DNA from: Chiloscyllium plagiosum
Lineage: Eukaryota
Assembly: GCF_004010195.1 (NCBI RefSeq)
Contig: NC_057718.1
Span: 58,773,325 to 58,837,324 of the forward strand
Length of the DNA: 64,000 bases
Reading direction: 5' to 3'
Positions 39,191 to 52,344 of the stretch are shown here, one piece after another. The position numbers and the translations under genes were made by a program. Below the pieces are notes generated by a model. That model worked only from the letters and a program-made list of their open reading frames with translations, was not told where the DNA came from and ran no database searches. The first letter of the stretch is position 1. Every line of letters begins with the position of its first letter.

Positions 39191-42100
39191 AGAGTCATAG
39201 ATATGTACAGCATGGATGCCCACCAGATATCCCAAACTAATCTAGTCGCATTTGCCAGCACCCAGCCCAGATCCCTCCAAACCCCTCTTATTCATATACC
39301 CATCCAGATGCCTTTTAAATGTTGCAATTGTACAAGCCACCACCACTTCCTCTGGCAGCTCATTCCATACATGTGCCACCCTCTGCATGAAAATGTTGCT
39401 CCCTTAAGTCTTTTTTATATCCTTCCCCGCTCATCCTAAACCTATGCCTTCTAGTTCTGGATTCTCCCACCCCAGGGAAAAGACCTTGTCTATTTACCCT
39501 ATCCATGCCTCTCTATAAGGTCACCCCTCAGCCTCTGGTGCTCTGGTGCCCCAGCCTATAGCTCAAATCCTCCAACCCTGGCAACATCTTTGTAAATCTT
39601 TTCTGAACCCTTTCAAGTTTCACAACATCCTCCCAATGGGAAGGAGATCAGAATTGCATGCAATATTCCAAAAGTGGCCTAACCAATGTCCTGTACAGCC
39701 ACAACATGACCTCCCAATTCCTGTACTCAATATACTGACCAGTAAAGGAAAGCATACCAAACACCTTTTTCACTATCCTATCTACCTGCGAATCCACTTT
39801 CAAGGAGCTATGAACCTGCACTCCAAAGTCTGTTCAGCAACACTTCCTGGGACCTTTCCATTTAGAGTGTAAGTCCTGCTGAGATTTGCTTTTCCAAAAT
39901 GCAACACCTCGCATTTATCTAAATTAAACTCCATCCACCACTCCTCAGCCCATTGGTCCATCTGATCAAGATCCCGTTGTAATCTGAGGTAACCTTCTTC
40001 GCTGTCCACTACATCTCCAACTTTGGTGTCATCTATAAACTTACTAACTATAACACTTCTGCTCACATCCAAATCATTTATATAAATGACAAAACGTAGT
40101 GAACCCAGCACCGATCCTTGTGGTACTCCACTGGTCACAGGCCTCCAGTCTGAAAAACAATCCTCCGCCACCATCTTCTGTCTTCTACCTGTGAGCCAGT
40201 TCTGTATTCAAATGGCTAGTTCTCTCTATGTTCCATGAGATCTAACCTTACCTACAAGTCTCCCACGGGGAACCTTGTCGAACACCTTACTAAATTCCAT
40301 ATAGATCATGTCCACGCTGTGTCCTCATCAATCCTCTTTGTTACTTCTTCAAAAAGCTCAATCGGGATTATGAGATGATTTCGCATGCACAAAGCCATGC
40401 TGGTTATCCCTAATAAGTCCTTGCCTTTCCAAATGCCTGTACATCCTGTCCCTCAGGATTCTCTCCAACAACGTGCCCACCACCGATGTCAGGCCCACTG
40501 GTCTATAGTTCCCTGGCTTGTGCTTACCACTTTTCTTAAATAGTGGCACCACGTTAGCCAATCTCCAATCATCCGGCACCTCACCTGTGACTATCGATGA
40601 CACAAATATCTCAGCAAGGGGCCCAGCAATCACTTCCCCAGCTTCCCACAGAGTTCCAGGGTACACCTGACCAGGTCCTGGGGATTTATCCACCTTTATG
40701 CATTTCAAGACATCCAGCACTTCCTCCTCTGTAATGTGGACAATTTTCAAGATATCACCATCTATTTCCCTCAATTCTATATCTTCCATGTCCTTCTCGA
40801 CAGTAAATACTGATGCAAAATACTCATTTAGTATCTCCCCCATTCCTGCAGCTCCACACAAAGGCCGCCTTGCTGATCATTGAGGGGCCCTATTCTCTCC
40901 CTAGTTATCCATTTGTCCTTAATGTATTTGTGAAGACACTTTGGATTCCCTTTAACCCTATTTGCCAAAGTTATGTCATGTACCTTTTTTACCCTCCTGA
41001 TTTCCCTCTTAAGTATACTTCTACTGCCTTTATACTCTTCTAAGGATTCTTTCAATCTATCCTGTCCATAACTGACATATGCTTTCTTCTTTTTCTTCAC
41101 CAAACCCTCAATTTCTTTAGCTGAAAATGTGTTGCTGGAAAAGCGCAGCAGGTCAGGCAGCATCCAAGGAACAGGAGAATCGACGTTTCGGGCATAAGCC
41201 CTTCTTCAGGAATGAAGAAGGGCTTATGCCCGAAACGTCGATTCTCGTGTTCCTTGGATGCTGCCTGACCTGCTGCGCTTTTCCAGCAACACATTTTCAG
41301 CTCTGATCTCCAGCATCTGCAGTCCTCACTTTTTCCTCAATTTCTTTAGTCATCCAGCATTCCCTATACCCTACCAGCCTTCCCTTTCACCCTCACAGGA
41401 ATATACTTTCTCTAGACTCTCGTTATCTTATTTCTAAAGGCTTCCCATGTTCCAGCCGTCGCTTTACCTGCGAACATCTGCCCCCAATCAGCTTTTCAAA
41501 GTTCTTGCCTAATGCTGTCAATATTAGCCTTCCTCCAATTTAGAACTTCCACTTTTAGATCTGGTCTATCCTTTTCCATCACTATTTTAAAATAAATAGA
41601 AATATGGTTGCTGGCCCCATAGTGCTCCCCCACTGACACCTCAGTCACCTGCCATGCCTTATTTCCCAAGTGTCGGTCATGTTTTGCACCTTCTCTAGTA
41701 AGTACATCCACATACTGAATCAGAAAATTTTCTTGTACACTCTTAATAAATTCCTCTCCATCTAAACCTTTAACATTATGGCAGTGCCGGTCTATGTTTG
41801 GAAAGTTAAAATCCCCTACCATAACAACCCTATTATTCTTACAGATCACTGAAATTTCCTGACAAATTTGTTTTTCGATTTCCCACTGACTATTAAGGGA
41901 TCTATACACAATCCCAATAAGGTGATCATCCCTTCCTTGTTTCTCATTTCCACCCAAATAATTTCCTTGGATGTATTTCTGGAAATATCCTCCTTCAGTA
42001 CAGTTGTAATGCTATCCCTTATCAAAAACACCACTCCCCCTCCTCTCTTGCCTCCCTTTCTGTCCTTCATGCAGCATTTATATCCTGGAACATTATGCTG

Positions 42101-42400
42101 TCTATCCTGTCCATCCCTGAGCCACGTTTCTGTAATTGCTATGATAGCCCAGTCCAATGTTCCTAACCATGCTCTGAGTTGATCTGCCTTCCCTGTTAGA
42201 TCTCTTGCATTAAAATAAATGCAGTTTAATATATCAGTCCTACCTTGTTCTCTGCTTTGTCCCTGCCTGCCCAGACTGTTTCACTCACTTCTTTTCTCAA
42301 CTGTACCAGTCTCAGATTGATCTCTTGCCTCATTATCTCCCTGGATCCCACCTCCCCATCCCCCACCTTACTAGTTTAAATCCTCCCAAGCAGCTCTAGC
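39191..42400 (-). mobile_element. Near full-ORF2 CR1 LINE (APE + RT), decayed
   Basis: IAITETWL, VMVGDFNFPNID, PGNYRPVGLTSVVG, GVPQGSVLG, SKFIDDTK and gagtcat tail; frameshifted. Confidence 0.93.
41121..41334. mobile_element. Palindromic Penelope-like mini-insertion (family A) inside CR1
   Basis: 15-bp TSD cctcaatttctttag at 41106-41120 and 41335-41349; near-perfect inverted arms; 32-nt tail; intact hammerhead core on minus at 41177-41215. Confidence 0.85.
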
Positions 42401-43777
42401 AAAAAGATAACTGCCATTAACTCCATCTATATTTCTCATTATTTTATAGACTTCTACCTGGTCACTTCTCAATCTCCTCAGCCTGAATGAAAAACGTCCC
42501 AGCCTCCTGCCTTTCTTTATTACTCAACTCTTCCATACCCAGTAATATTCTGGTAAATCTCTCCTGAATCTTCTCCACCTTAATAATATCCTTCCTGTAA
42601 CTGGGCGACCAAAACTGGATACAGTATTCCTGAAGGTGCCACCCCAATATCCTGTACAGCCTCAACACAATGTCGCAACTCTATCCTCAAAGGACTGAGC
42701 AATGAAGGCAAGCGTGCCAAATGCCTTTTTAACCAACTTGCCTTTATGTGGCACAAACTTTAAAGAATTATGTACCTGTACTCTAGGCCTATCTGTTCTA
42801 CAAATCTACCCAAGGCCCTACCATTAATTGTATAAACCCTCCCCTTATTTATTATATCAACATGCAATACTTCGCATTTATCTAGACTGAACTCCATCTG
42901 CCATTTTTCAGCCCGTTGGCCCATTTGATCAAGATTTGTTTGTAATCTTAGAAAACCTTCTTCATTGTCTCCTATGCCATCAATTTTGGCTTCGTCTGCA
43001 AACTTACTAGCCATGCCTTCTATATTCACATCCAAATCACTTACATAAATGACAAACAAAAGAGGACCCAGGACTGATCCCTGAGGAATATTTGCTGGTC
43101 ACAGGCCTCCAATCAGAAAAGCAACCCTCCACCATTACTCTCTATCTCTTGCCATTAAGTCAATTATGTATTGATTTGGCAAGCTCGCCCTGAATCCAAT
43201 GTGACCTAACTTTACTAATTAGTCTACCATGCAGAACCTTGTCAAAGGCTTTACTAAAATCTAAATAAACAATGTCTACTGCAATTATCAACCTTTTGGT
43301 AACTTCCTCAAAACTCAATCAAGTTTGTGAGACATGATTATCCTAAGTGGCTATAAATCCGATCTCTAATAATCACCTCCAACAATTTATCCACAATCGA
43401 AGTCCGACTCACAGGTCTATAGTTTCCTGGTTTTTCCTTGCAACATTTCTTAAACAAAGGTACAACATTAGCCACCTTCCAGTCATCAGATACATCATCC
43501 ATAGTTATAGACGATGCAAATATTTCTTCAAGGGGTCTTACAGTTTCCTCCCTTACTTCCCACAACATTCTGAGACACATTAGATCAGGTCCCGGAGTTT
43601 TATCCATGTTTTTTCTCTAAGGCTTTCCAAACCTACTCTTCTATAATGTGAACTATTTTTAAAGCATCAAAGTTATTTCTCTGCATTCTTCAGACTCCAT
43701 TTCTTTCTCCACAGTAATTACTGACCCAAAATATTCATTTAGTATCTCTCTCATCTGCGAGGGTTCACCATAAAGAC

Positions 43778-43999
43778 AGGGCAAAAGTGAGGACTGCAGA
43801 TGCTGGAAACCAGAGTAGAGATCAGAGTGGTGCTGGAAAAGGTCAGCAGGTCAGGCAGCATCTGAGGAGCAGGAAAATCGACGTTTCGGGCAAAAGCCCT
43901 CCATTCCTGATGAAGGGCTTTTGCCCGAAATGTCTATTTTCCTGCTCCTCAGATGCTGCCTGACCTGCTGTGCTTTTCCAGCACCACTCTGATCTCTAC
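43778..43999. mobile_element. Palindromic Penelope-like mini-insertion (family A variant) inside CR1
   Basis: Diverged TSD ttcaccataaagac / ttcaacgtaaagac; CTGATGA at 43907-43913 followed by GGGC tttt GCCC GAAA; 36-nt tail. Confidence 0.8.
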
Positions 44000-44097
44000 T
44001 TCAACGTAAAGACGACTTCCTTGATTTTTAAGAGGCCCTACCCTCTTTCTAGTTACCTTCTTGCTCTTTATGTATTTGTAGAATCTCTTTGGATTAT

Positions 44098-45036
44098 AAA
44101 ATAAGAACATAAGAACGAGGAGCAGGAGTTGGCTGTTTAGCCCTTCGAGCCTGCTCTGCCATTCAATAAGATCATGGCTGATCTTTTTGTAGCCTCAGCT
44201 CCACTTACCCACCCACTCACAATAACTCTTAGTTCCTTTACAGTTCAAAAAATTATATCATTTAGCTTTCAAAGCACTTACTGAGGAATCCCCAACCACT
44301 TCACTGGGCAGGGAATTCCATACATTTACAACCCTCTGTGTGAAGAAGTTCCTTCTCAATTCAATCTGAAATCTGCTCCCCCTAATTTTGAGGCTATGTT
44401 CTCTTGTCCTAGTTTTACCTGTCAGTAGGAAGGACCTCTCTATGTTGATCTTTCATAATTTTGTATGTGTCTATATATTCTTCTAAATTCCAATAAATAT
44501 AATCCCAGTCTACTCAGTCTCTCCTCATAAACCAACCCCCTCAACTCTGGAATCAATCTAGTGACCCTCCACTGCCAGTGCATCCTTTCTCAAGTAAGGA
44601 GACCAAAGCTGCCGCAGTACTCTAGGTCTGACCTCACCAAAACCCTACACAGCTGCATCATAACATCCCTGCTTTTAAACTCAATCCCTTTAACAAAGAA
44701 GGACAAAATTCCATTTGCCTTCTTAATTGCCTGTTGTATCTGCAGACCAACCTTCTGTGATTCATGCACAAGGACACCCAGGTCCCTCTGCACAGCAGCA
44801 TGCTGCATTTTCTTACCATTCAAGTAATAAACCTTTTCACTGTTATTCCTACCAAAATAGATGACATCACATTTATTAATATTGTACTCCATCTGCCAGA
44901 TCTTTGCCCATTCACTTGAATTATCTATGTCCTTTTGCACAGTTTCATAGTCCTCTGCATACTTTGCCCTACCATCTTAGTGCCATCTGCAAACTTTGAC
45001 ACACTACACATGGTCTCCAACTTCAAATCATCTATG
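44098..45036 (-). mobile_element. 5'-truncated CR1 nested in CR1
   Basis: WAKIWQMEYNINKC, QRDLGVLVHES; ataagaac tail. Confidence 0.88.
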
Positions 45037-45153
45037 TAAAACTCACTGAGCTCAGGGATCACAGCCTTGTCTGCAGGGAGCAGTCAGAAGGTGGAGTGAC
45101 TATCATATACTGAATCAAATTGGTTCAGGGAAGCCTGAGCTCAGTGAGTTTTA
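45037..45153. repeat. 117-bp hairpin with perfect 20-bp terminal inverted repeats
   Basis: taaaactcactgagctcagg (45037-45056) / cctgagctcagtgagtttta (45134-45153). Confidence 0.9.
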
Positions 45154-46104
45154 TATTTACTATGCTGCTGCTGTTCCGCTTATGCTGTTCCACTTATGTA
45201 AATTATCCTTAACCTTGCCTGCCAATGCTATCTAATATATCCTTTTTGTCTTCTTGATTTCTCTGTTAAGAATGCCCCTACACTCTTTAAATTGATTAAT
45301 AGTTTCAATTGAACCAATTTGTCTACATCTAAAATAGATTCTCTTTTATTCTTGACTAGAACTTCAATATCTTTATTCATCAATTGTTCCTTAATCTTAC
45401 CAACCCTACCTTTCACTCTAACAGGAACATAATGCCTCTGAACTCTCGTCATTACATTCTTGAACACCTCCCACTTGTCAGACCTCCTTTTACCTGTGAA
45501 CAGTCTACTCCAGTCAAGTGTTGAAAACTGCCAGCATTCTGTTGGAGAACACTTTGGTTTAGATAAAAAGAGACACTGTAATATCAATGTTAAGGGATCC
45601 ATCAAAGGATCTATCTAAGGTGGCAGACATGTTGGTACCTAATGTTTTCATCATGGTGTTGAAGGTATCTATGAATCCATTTGATTTGGCATACAATAGC
45701 CACTCTGTAAATGAAGGAGACATTATTGCAATGCTCTGCAGCTGCACCTCAGTCATGTTTGAGTTGAACTCCTCCAATATCACTGCAATCATGGTTAGTG
45801 TGCTTAGAAAGCCAGGTCAGTGCATCACACAGTTTCTGCTGCAGCACTATGATATTGCTGTTCAGCTCCAGGCACAGCATCTATAGCCAGCTGAGCAGAA
45901 GCCCCTGACATGGCTTTCTGCATGGCTTTTTCTTCTCCACCAATTGTTCCTACTCACTCGTAAAGTATGAGCCATCAAGTGAAAACCCAACTCTTATCTC
46001 TTAACTGTTCTTACCAGTTGTAAATATCTCTGTTGGTATAGGTCTGTTTCAGTACTGAAGAAGACTCAACTTTTATGAGGGCTCATCAATTACCATGTTT
46101 ATTT

Positions 46105-46435
46105 TTAATTTATTCATAGGATGAGGGTGTTGCCAGCATTTATTGCCCTTCCCTAATTGCCCAGAGGGCAATTAAGAGTCAATTACATTGCTGTGGGCCC
46201 AGAATCACATGTAGTCCGGACCAGGTAAGGATGACAATTTCCTTCTTTAAAGAACATTCATGAACCAGGTAGGTTTTTCAGACAATTCCCACAGTCATCA
46301 TTAGACTCTTCATTCCAGATTTTTTTAAAGTTCAAATTTCTAAATCTGCCAAGGTGGGATTTGAACTCACGACCCCCAAACATTACCTGGGTCGCTGGAT
46401 TAGAAGTCCAGTAATAATGCCATTAAGTTGATGTC
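46105..46435 (-). mobile_element. tRNA-derived SINE
   Basis: Minus B-box-like gagttcaaatccc and tail gggcaataaatgctggc...tcctatgaataaa. Confidence 0.75.
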
Positions 46436-49400
46436 TCCTCATCCTGACTGCTTGATGTATTCATAAGATATTGTGGGAGCTGAAACCCATGAGTTTGTCC
46501 TGCCAAGGTAATAATTTTGCATACTGCAAGTTATCACTATATAGATAAATATTTCAGTGACTATCATTTGTGCTGAATGTTGTGGTTTTTATTTAATTGT
46601 GTCACCAGTAGCTGGAAGGTCCTCATATTTTCAACAGCCAGATATGATATGTTTCTGCAAATTGTCAGCAGCTCCTCTCCTGCAGATATTAATTGTGAGA
46701 CTAATGAGGGGCATCAAATCTTTCTCTATCCCTGATGCTATGTGCTGTCTTCTGCGAGCAGAGAAACCGCAGCACTATGAATGAGAATATTGACATTTAT
46801 TCATCTGATGGATAGAGTGCATTTAGTGATGGCAGAGGTATGATACTGCACAAAAATTAGGCTTAGTGTCAGTGGTGGATGATACAGGTAGGTATTTATG
46901 GAACTGCATAAGAAGACATGCCTGAAGAGTACCCTCAAGCTATGAGGAGCTATAGGACAGGCTATCACAAATTGTGTATTGGAATAGGCTTGACAAAGCA
47001 GTATGATTCATACAATAGGTTTTATGTGTACGTGCCGTTACACTCAATTTTCCTTAGGTCATGAGGTGTTCTATTCAGGAGCAAGGCACCACTCACCTGA
47101 CACTGAGCTTTCAAAAAAATCTAGCTATGCCTTCTTTGTTTGGTAGCAGGCAACTGCCTCCCATTGATGGGGAAGATAATGTCACCCCTATTCCTCATAA
47201 TCTCCAGCAGCCCCTTCACAGAAGAGTTCCTGAAGAGCAGCACAACCTTCACAAACCTTGCCTCCATTCTGAGGTTTGTTTCTCTTTTCTTTCCAAAGCC
47301 AAATTCCTTCAACTTGGCTATTAGCTTCCCCTTTAAATACTGGAATTGATTTTGCAGGGGCAGGAAACCCAGAAGTAAAATGTTAATAATGATGTGACTG
47401 AGTTCGTAAACCACAGATAAATGTGAAATGCTGGATAATTGCTTCCTGTTTTCTCATGCATACTAGGGAACTCACCAACGATTTAAAATCAAGGCTGTGA
47501 CTTCTAAATCAAGACAAATAAAGCAAAAAGTATAATTGTCATTGGGAAAGACAGACAAAATCAATAAAAAGAGACAGAGAGGAAAGATTTAAATATCTTT
47601 CTTTCAATTATCAACTATAATTAATTTTAAAAGGAATGCAACTCCACACTGTAAAATAACATCTTCAAAGGTTTTTCTTGATAGAAAGTCCAATGCATTT
47701 CAAAATTCACATTCTTGAAAGCACAAGCCTTAATTTACCTTAATTTTTTTAAGTAGAAAACTAATGGGTTGGTATAATAAATTCAAGCCAATATGTTGAT
47801 TTCAAAGCCCTGTATATAAGTGCACCATCTGGAAGAGTCACATATCTCTCGCAACAACCTTCGGGTTTTCACTTTTGAATATTCACCTCTGTTTGTCAGA
47901 GCTTGCTGGCTGATTTTTTTCCACAATAAGTTCTATTTGTCCCATCGAAAATTCCAGGTCTTTAAGTTAAACATGTTCTTTAAAACTCTGTGTTCTATTA
48001 AAGGGTTACAAACAAAATAATAAAATTGATTCAGAAGCGAAAGAATAGAAATTATTTGACAACGCAGATTAAAGTCCAAAAATGCCATCTTCAATGGTAT
48101 TAACCAACTTTTAAGATTATTCTACTATCTTCACTTATTCTCACTTTGAAAGAAAACTTCTCTAATGAGGTCATAAAATCTCATTTACCATTCCAACTGA
48201 AAAACCTGCATCAAGAAGATTATATGAACTTTTAACTACCTGTTGAAAATCAGCTGACAGTCTTACGGATACCCTGATGGAAAATTGAAAGAGGTTGGCA
48301 CTGTTCCCTTTGCTTTCTGTTGTTCTGCAGCTTCTGTCTGGGTGACTGCCAAAGTCCATTAGAACAGGATGTATGCTGCCTCTTTGTAATGATGCACTTT
48401 GTTCGAATTTAATATTAGATCTCGACTTAAAACCACTACTGACATTGATCTCATTTTTCTGCTTTTCCAATAACATGTATTAGAGTGTATTTTGAGGTCT
48501 TCTACTTAAAGGTGAAAAATGTTTCTCAGCACACATAAAGTGAAAGAAGATAGCAAATCGGAATAATTTCTTTCTTTGATTTTTAAGATAACCCTGAAAG
48601 TCACATCTTGTGGATTTGCTGGAAGGTTAGATGGGCTAAAAGTGTTTTCCAATTATAAAACACTCTCAACATTGCTGGGAAGTAAGTTAACACATTCTTA
48701 ACTATTAGGTAACAGCAATTACTTTGTGGTAGTACTCGTTGCTTTGAATCAGAAGCTTTTTATCACTTTGAAAACATGACATAGAGACAGATCATTCAGC
48801 GCAATTAGACTCTGTGGTAGACTATTCTCTTTCTTATCCAAACAGCCTCATCTCAACCTTTCAGACATTTTCTATTCCCTTTAGTCTCATAGATCATCTG
48901 GGTTCCTTCTAAAAGCATCTAAGCTATTTACTTCATCTGTTTCCTATGGTAGATTGTTCCACATTCTTTATTGAAAAGTATATTGTATTTGTTGCCTATT
49001 GGTTTTGGATATTCTCACACATGAAAGTTTTAAGTACCTTTACCTGTGCTAAACTCAATGGCATGCCTTTTCTTTCTCCTGCATTTCACTTTGGCAGTCA
49101 CTCAAAAAAAAAATTCAAAACCTTTTCCCAAAAAATGTAGTAAGCAATCAAAACTTTCCTACTATTGTTGTTTAAAAAACTCTGATTTCTCTAATATCTG
49201 AGGCTGGTTTGACAACATATTACCAACCCAACTAATGATTTCATTCTGAATCATATTGAACCTCTGCACAGGGGATATGACCCATCAAATCTGTGCAAGT
49301 AAAATTCAGCGCATGAGCACTTCTCATTGTAATTTTTGCTCCTATACTATTCTATTACTTTGTGCATTATAAACTCCACCTGTTTTTCACTCACTGACAT

Positions 49401-49511
49401 TAAGCTTGACAGGCTACGGTTATCAGTTATATCCATTTTTGTTTACCAGAATATCATTAGCTGTCCATCAGTCTGCTGTCACTACCTTGTCTTCAATAGA
49501 ATATTTGTGTA

Positions 49512-49908
49512 TTAGATTCCCTACAGTGTGGAAACAGGCCCTTCGGTCCAACAATTCCATACCGACCCTCTGAAGAGTAACCCACCCAGACCCATTTCCC
49601 TCTGACTAATGCACCTAACATTTAGCATGGCCAATTCACCTGACCTGCACAACTTTGGACTGTGGGAGGAAACCGGAGCACCCAGATGAAACCCATGCAG
49701 ATACAGGGAGAATGTGCAAACTCCACACAGACAGCGACCCAAGGTTGGAATCGAACCTGGGACCCTGGTGCTGTGAGGCAGCAGCCACTGGGCCACGGTG
49801 CCACCCCAGGTGGGTTTCCTCTGGGTGCTCCAGTTTCCTCCCACAGTCCAAAAATGTGCAGGTCAGGTGTATTGGCCATGCTAAATTACCCATAGTGTTA
49901 GGTGCATA
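49512..49908. mobile_element. HE1 SINE (-) fused head-on to an inverted internal HE1 fragment (+)
   Basis: Minus copy 49512-49808; plus fragment 49810-49908 (gtgggtttcctctgggtgctcc...gtgttaggtgcat). Confidence 0.85.
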
Positions 49909-50487
49909 ATAATATCTGCTAAGCCTGACACAGTTTTCACAAATATGCATTAATTCATCTAATCTGGACCTGGGGTTTCATTTCTTCTGGGTTTTTGTTC
50001 TAGCTTGTCAATTATTTTCTCCATTTCTACCCCAACCATCATGATACACCTTTTAAGCTCATTCTCCAGCGAGGTCACTGTTTCATTATACTATCAGTAG
50101 AAACTAAAGTTGTGCTTTCAAGTCCTATAACAGAGACATAATCCAGCTGACATGCAGTATACTGTCGAGAAAGTGGTGTCCTATCAGAGGCATTTGCTCT
50201 TAAATTGGATATAAAGGATTTTGTGACAACCTATTAATGAAGCACAGGTTTTTTTATTCTCTTCCTGTTTGTTTCTCTCCTTAGTCTTTGTCCCTCAATC
50301 AAAATCACAAAAGGAAATAACCTGTTCATTACTAAACTACAATTAATGAGAGCTTGGTCTGTTTAAATTGCCTACCACAGTTCCTTTATTACATCAATAT
50401 TTCAGGAGCACTTTGTTGCTGTGAAGCATTTTAGATCGTCCTGAAATCATGAAATGCACTTTCTATGTGTGAGTCCTTTTATTAACA

Positions 50488-50604
50488 AACATATGGAATC
50501 AGTTCTGAAGAAGGGTTGCTGGACTCGAAACATTAACTCTGCCTTCTTTCTGCAGATGCTGCCAAACCCACTGAGTTTCTCCAGCAACTTCTGTTTTGTT
50601 TCAG
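50488..50604 (+). mobile_element. Penelope-like family C end with hammerhead core
   Basis: AGTT-CTGAAGA-a-GGGT tgctgg ACTC-GAAAC-ATT-AACT; related copies at 51195-51322 and 63378-63465. Confidence 0.65.
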
Positions 50605-50699
50605 GTGAATCTTCAATTTTGGATTGCATGTCCATGTTTAACAGTAACATGTAAGGTGACAGCATAGTTCTTTATTATATGGAGTCACTGATGAATAAC

Positions 50700-51520
50700 A
50701 ATGACCTAGAACTTGGTTCATGGGGCACAGTTTCTTGAAGTTAATACAAATCTTGGAAGTATTGTGGACCATGAAGAAGATAGTGTAAAACTTCAAAAGG
50801 GCATAGATCGGTGGAATGCACAAACAAGCAGCAGATACATGAAATAATTCACTTAGGTAGGAAGAAGGTAGAGAGACAATATAAAATGAAGTCTAGAATG
50901 ACCTGTGCATAAATCATTGAAGGTTCTAGGTCAGATTGAGAATATGGTCCATGACAAATGCAATATCCTTGTCAATTATTTTCTAAGTTGGAGAGAGTAC
51001 TAAAGCAAGAAATTTATGTTAATCTTAAATTATTGTTAAAATATTTGTTCAATCTCAAATGGAGTGTTGCAAACATTTTTGGGTATAATGCTTTAGGAAT
51101 GATGTGAAAGCATTGGGAAGGGTGCTTAAAAGATACATTACAATAGTTGCAGGATGAGGATCTTCAGTTCGACAGACAGATTGAGGAATATGAAGTTTGG
51201 ATGAAGAGTCACTGAACTAAAAATGTTAACTCTGCTTTCTTTCCACAGATGCTGTCAGACCTGCTGAGTTTCACCAGTGATGTCCTTTTTTGTTTCAGAT
51301 CTCCAGCATCCACAGTTTGTTTTATTGGAGGAAGATTGAACTGTTTTTGGAGAAAGCAAAGTTCAGGCAGAATTTAATAAAATGATCAGAATCATGAGAG
51401 AACAATATAGATAGCAAAGAAACTATTCCCATTGATGAATCATGAACCTGAGGGTAGTGATTAAATATCATTGACAAGAGAAGCAATGGTGATGTGAAGA
51501 AAAGGCTTCCATCCAGCATG
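50700..51520 (+). mobile_element. Old CR1 3' region, split by the Gypsy element (resumes ~59755-59965)
   Basis: ...catccagcatg | gtgcttaagatctggaatgcactg... reconstitutes the CR1 QxVxxxWNAL segment. Confidence 0.7.
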
Positions 51521-52212
51521 TGTTATAACACGGGGTAAACCCTCCTGCTTAATTTAAACCTGCAACACAGAAAAGATTTATCCCATGCAGTAATCTGTGA
51601 ACGTTTGAGAGGCCAAGAATTAGTTAAAGTAAAAGTAACAAATTTATTTCTTAAAGTATAACAGAAAACAACTAACTAACAACACTTTACAATGCCTTCC
51701 TCTAAGCTATCCTTTACCTTCCCATCCTACAATACTAGCCTGATAAAAACCCCTGATTAAGATTTACCAAAATTCAACTTTTCAAAAACTAGCCAGACAT
51801 CGAATCTTCTTTTCTTCTTCTTAGGGATTTCTGCTTCACAGGTTACTGAACAATAAAGGTATCTTTGAGAGCTATTCTCTGGGCAGTCTATAGATCCCAT
51901 TGGCTTGGCAGTTCTCCTCTCAACTGTTCAATTTTCCCCAGTCTTATTCCCCCAAAGCATCGGATTGCGTAATTGGCTTTTCAGCTTGTCAATAAACGGA
52001 ATTCAAACTTGATTGGAGTTTTGTATTTTTCAAGGTATAATTTAAACTGATTGGCCTAATTCAAATCTGTTTTGTCATTTCCAGACAACCTAGCTAATCT
52101 ATATTTCAACCAAGTGTTACATTGTTACCTTACTCAGAACACTTGGTACTGTCAGGTAGTTCTGCTAGCTTTAACTCTCTTAAAGGTATAGTACATCCAC
52201 ATCTTCATAACA
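51521..52212 (-). repeat. 3' LTR
   Basis: TGTTAT...ATAACA termini; preceded on minus by purine tract AAGGGGTGG (52213-52221). Confidence 0.92.
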
Positions 52213-52344
52213 CCACCCCTTAAGAAAAAAATGAACCATCATAATGAAAAGATGGCTTCAGTTTTTTTTCCTATTCTTTAAACACATTGCCCTAACATAA
52301 AGATAACTTCAGTAGAAGTTCACCTGAACTTCTTCCCATATACG

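Larger units (their letters stand above)
38925..45530 (-). mobile_element. Outer CR1 LINE split by several later insertions
   Basis: 3' end at 38925-39190 continues at ~42405-43777, 44000-44097 and 45202-45530 (SKFADEAKI, PGNYRPVS motifs). Confidence 0.8.

Noticed and set aside
45037..45153. C/D snoRNA or pre-miRNA interpretation of the hairpin
   Set aside because: No properly placed RUGAUGA C box on either strand; the 77-nt interior is too long for a typical pre-miRNA loop.
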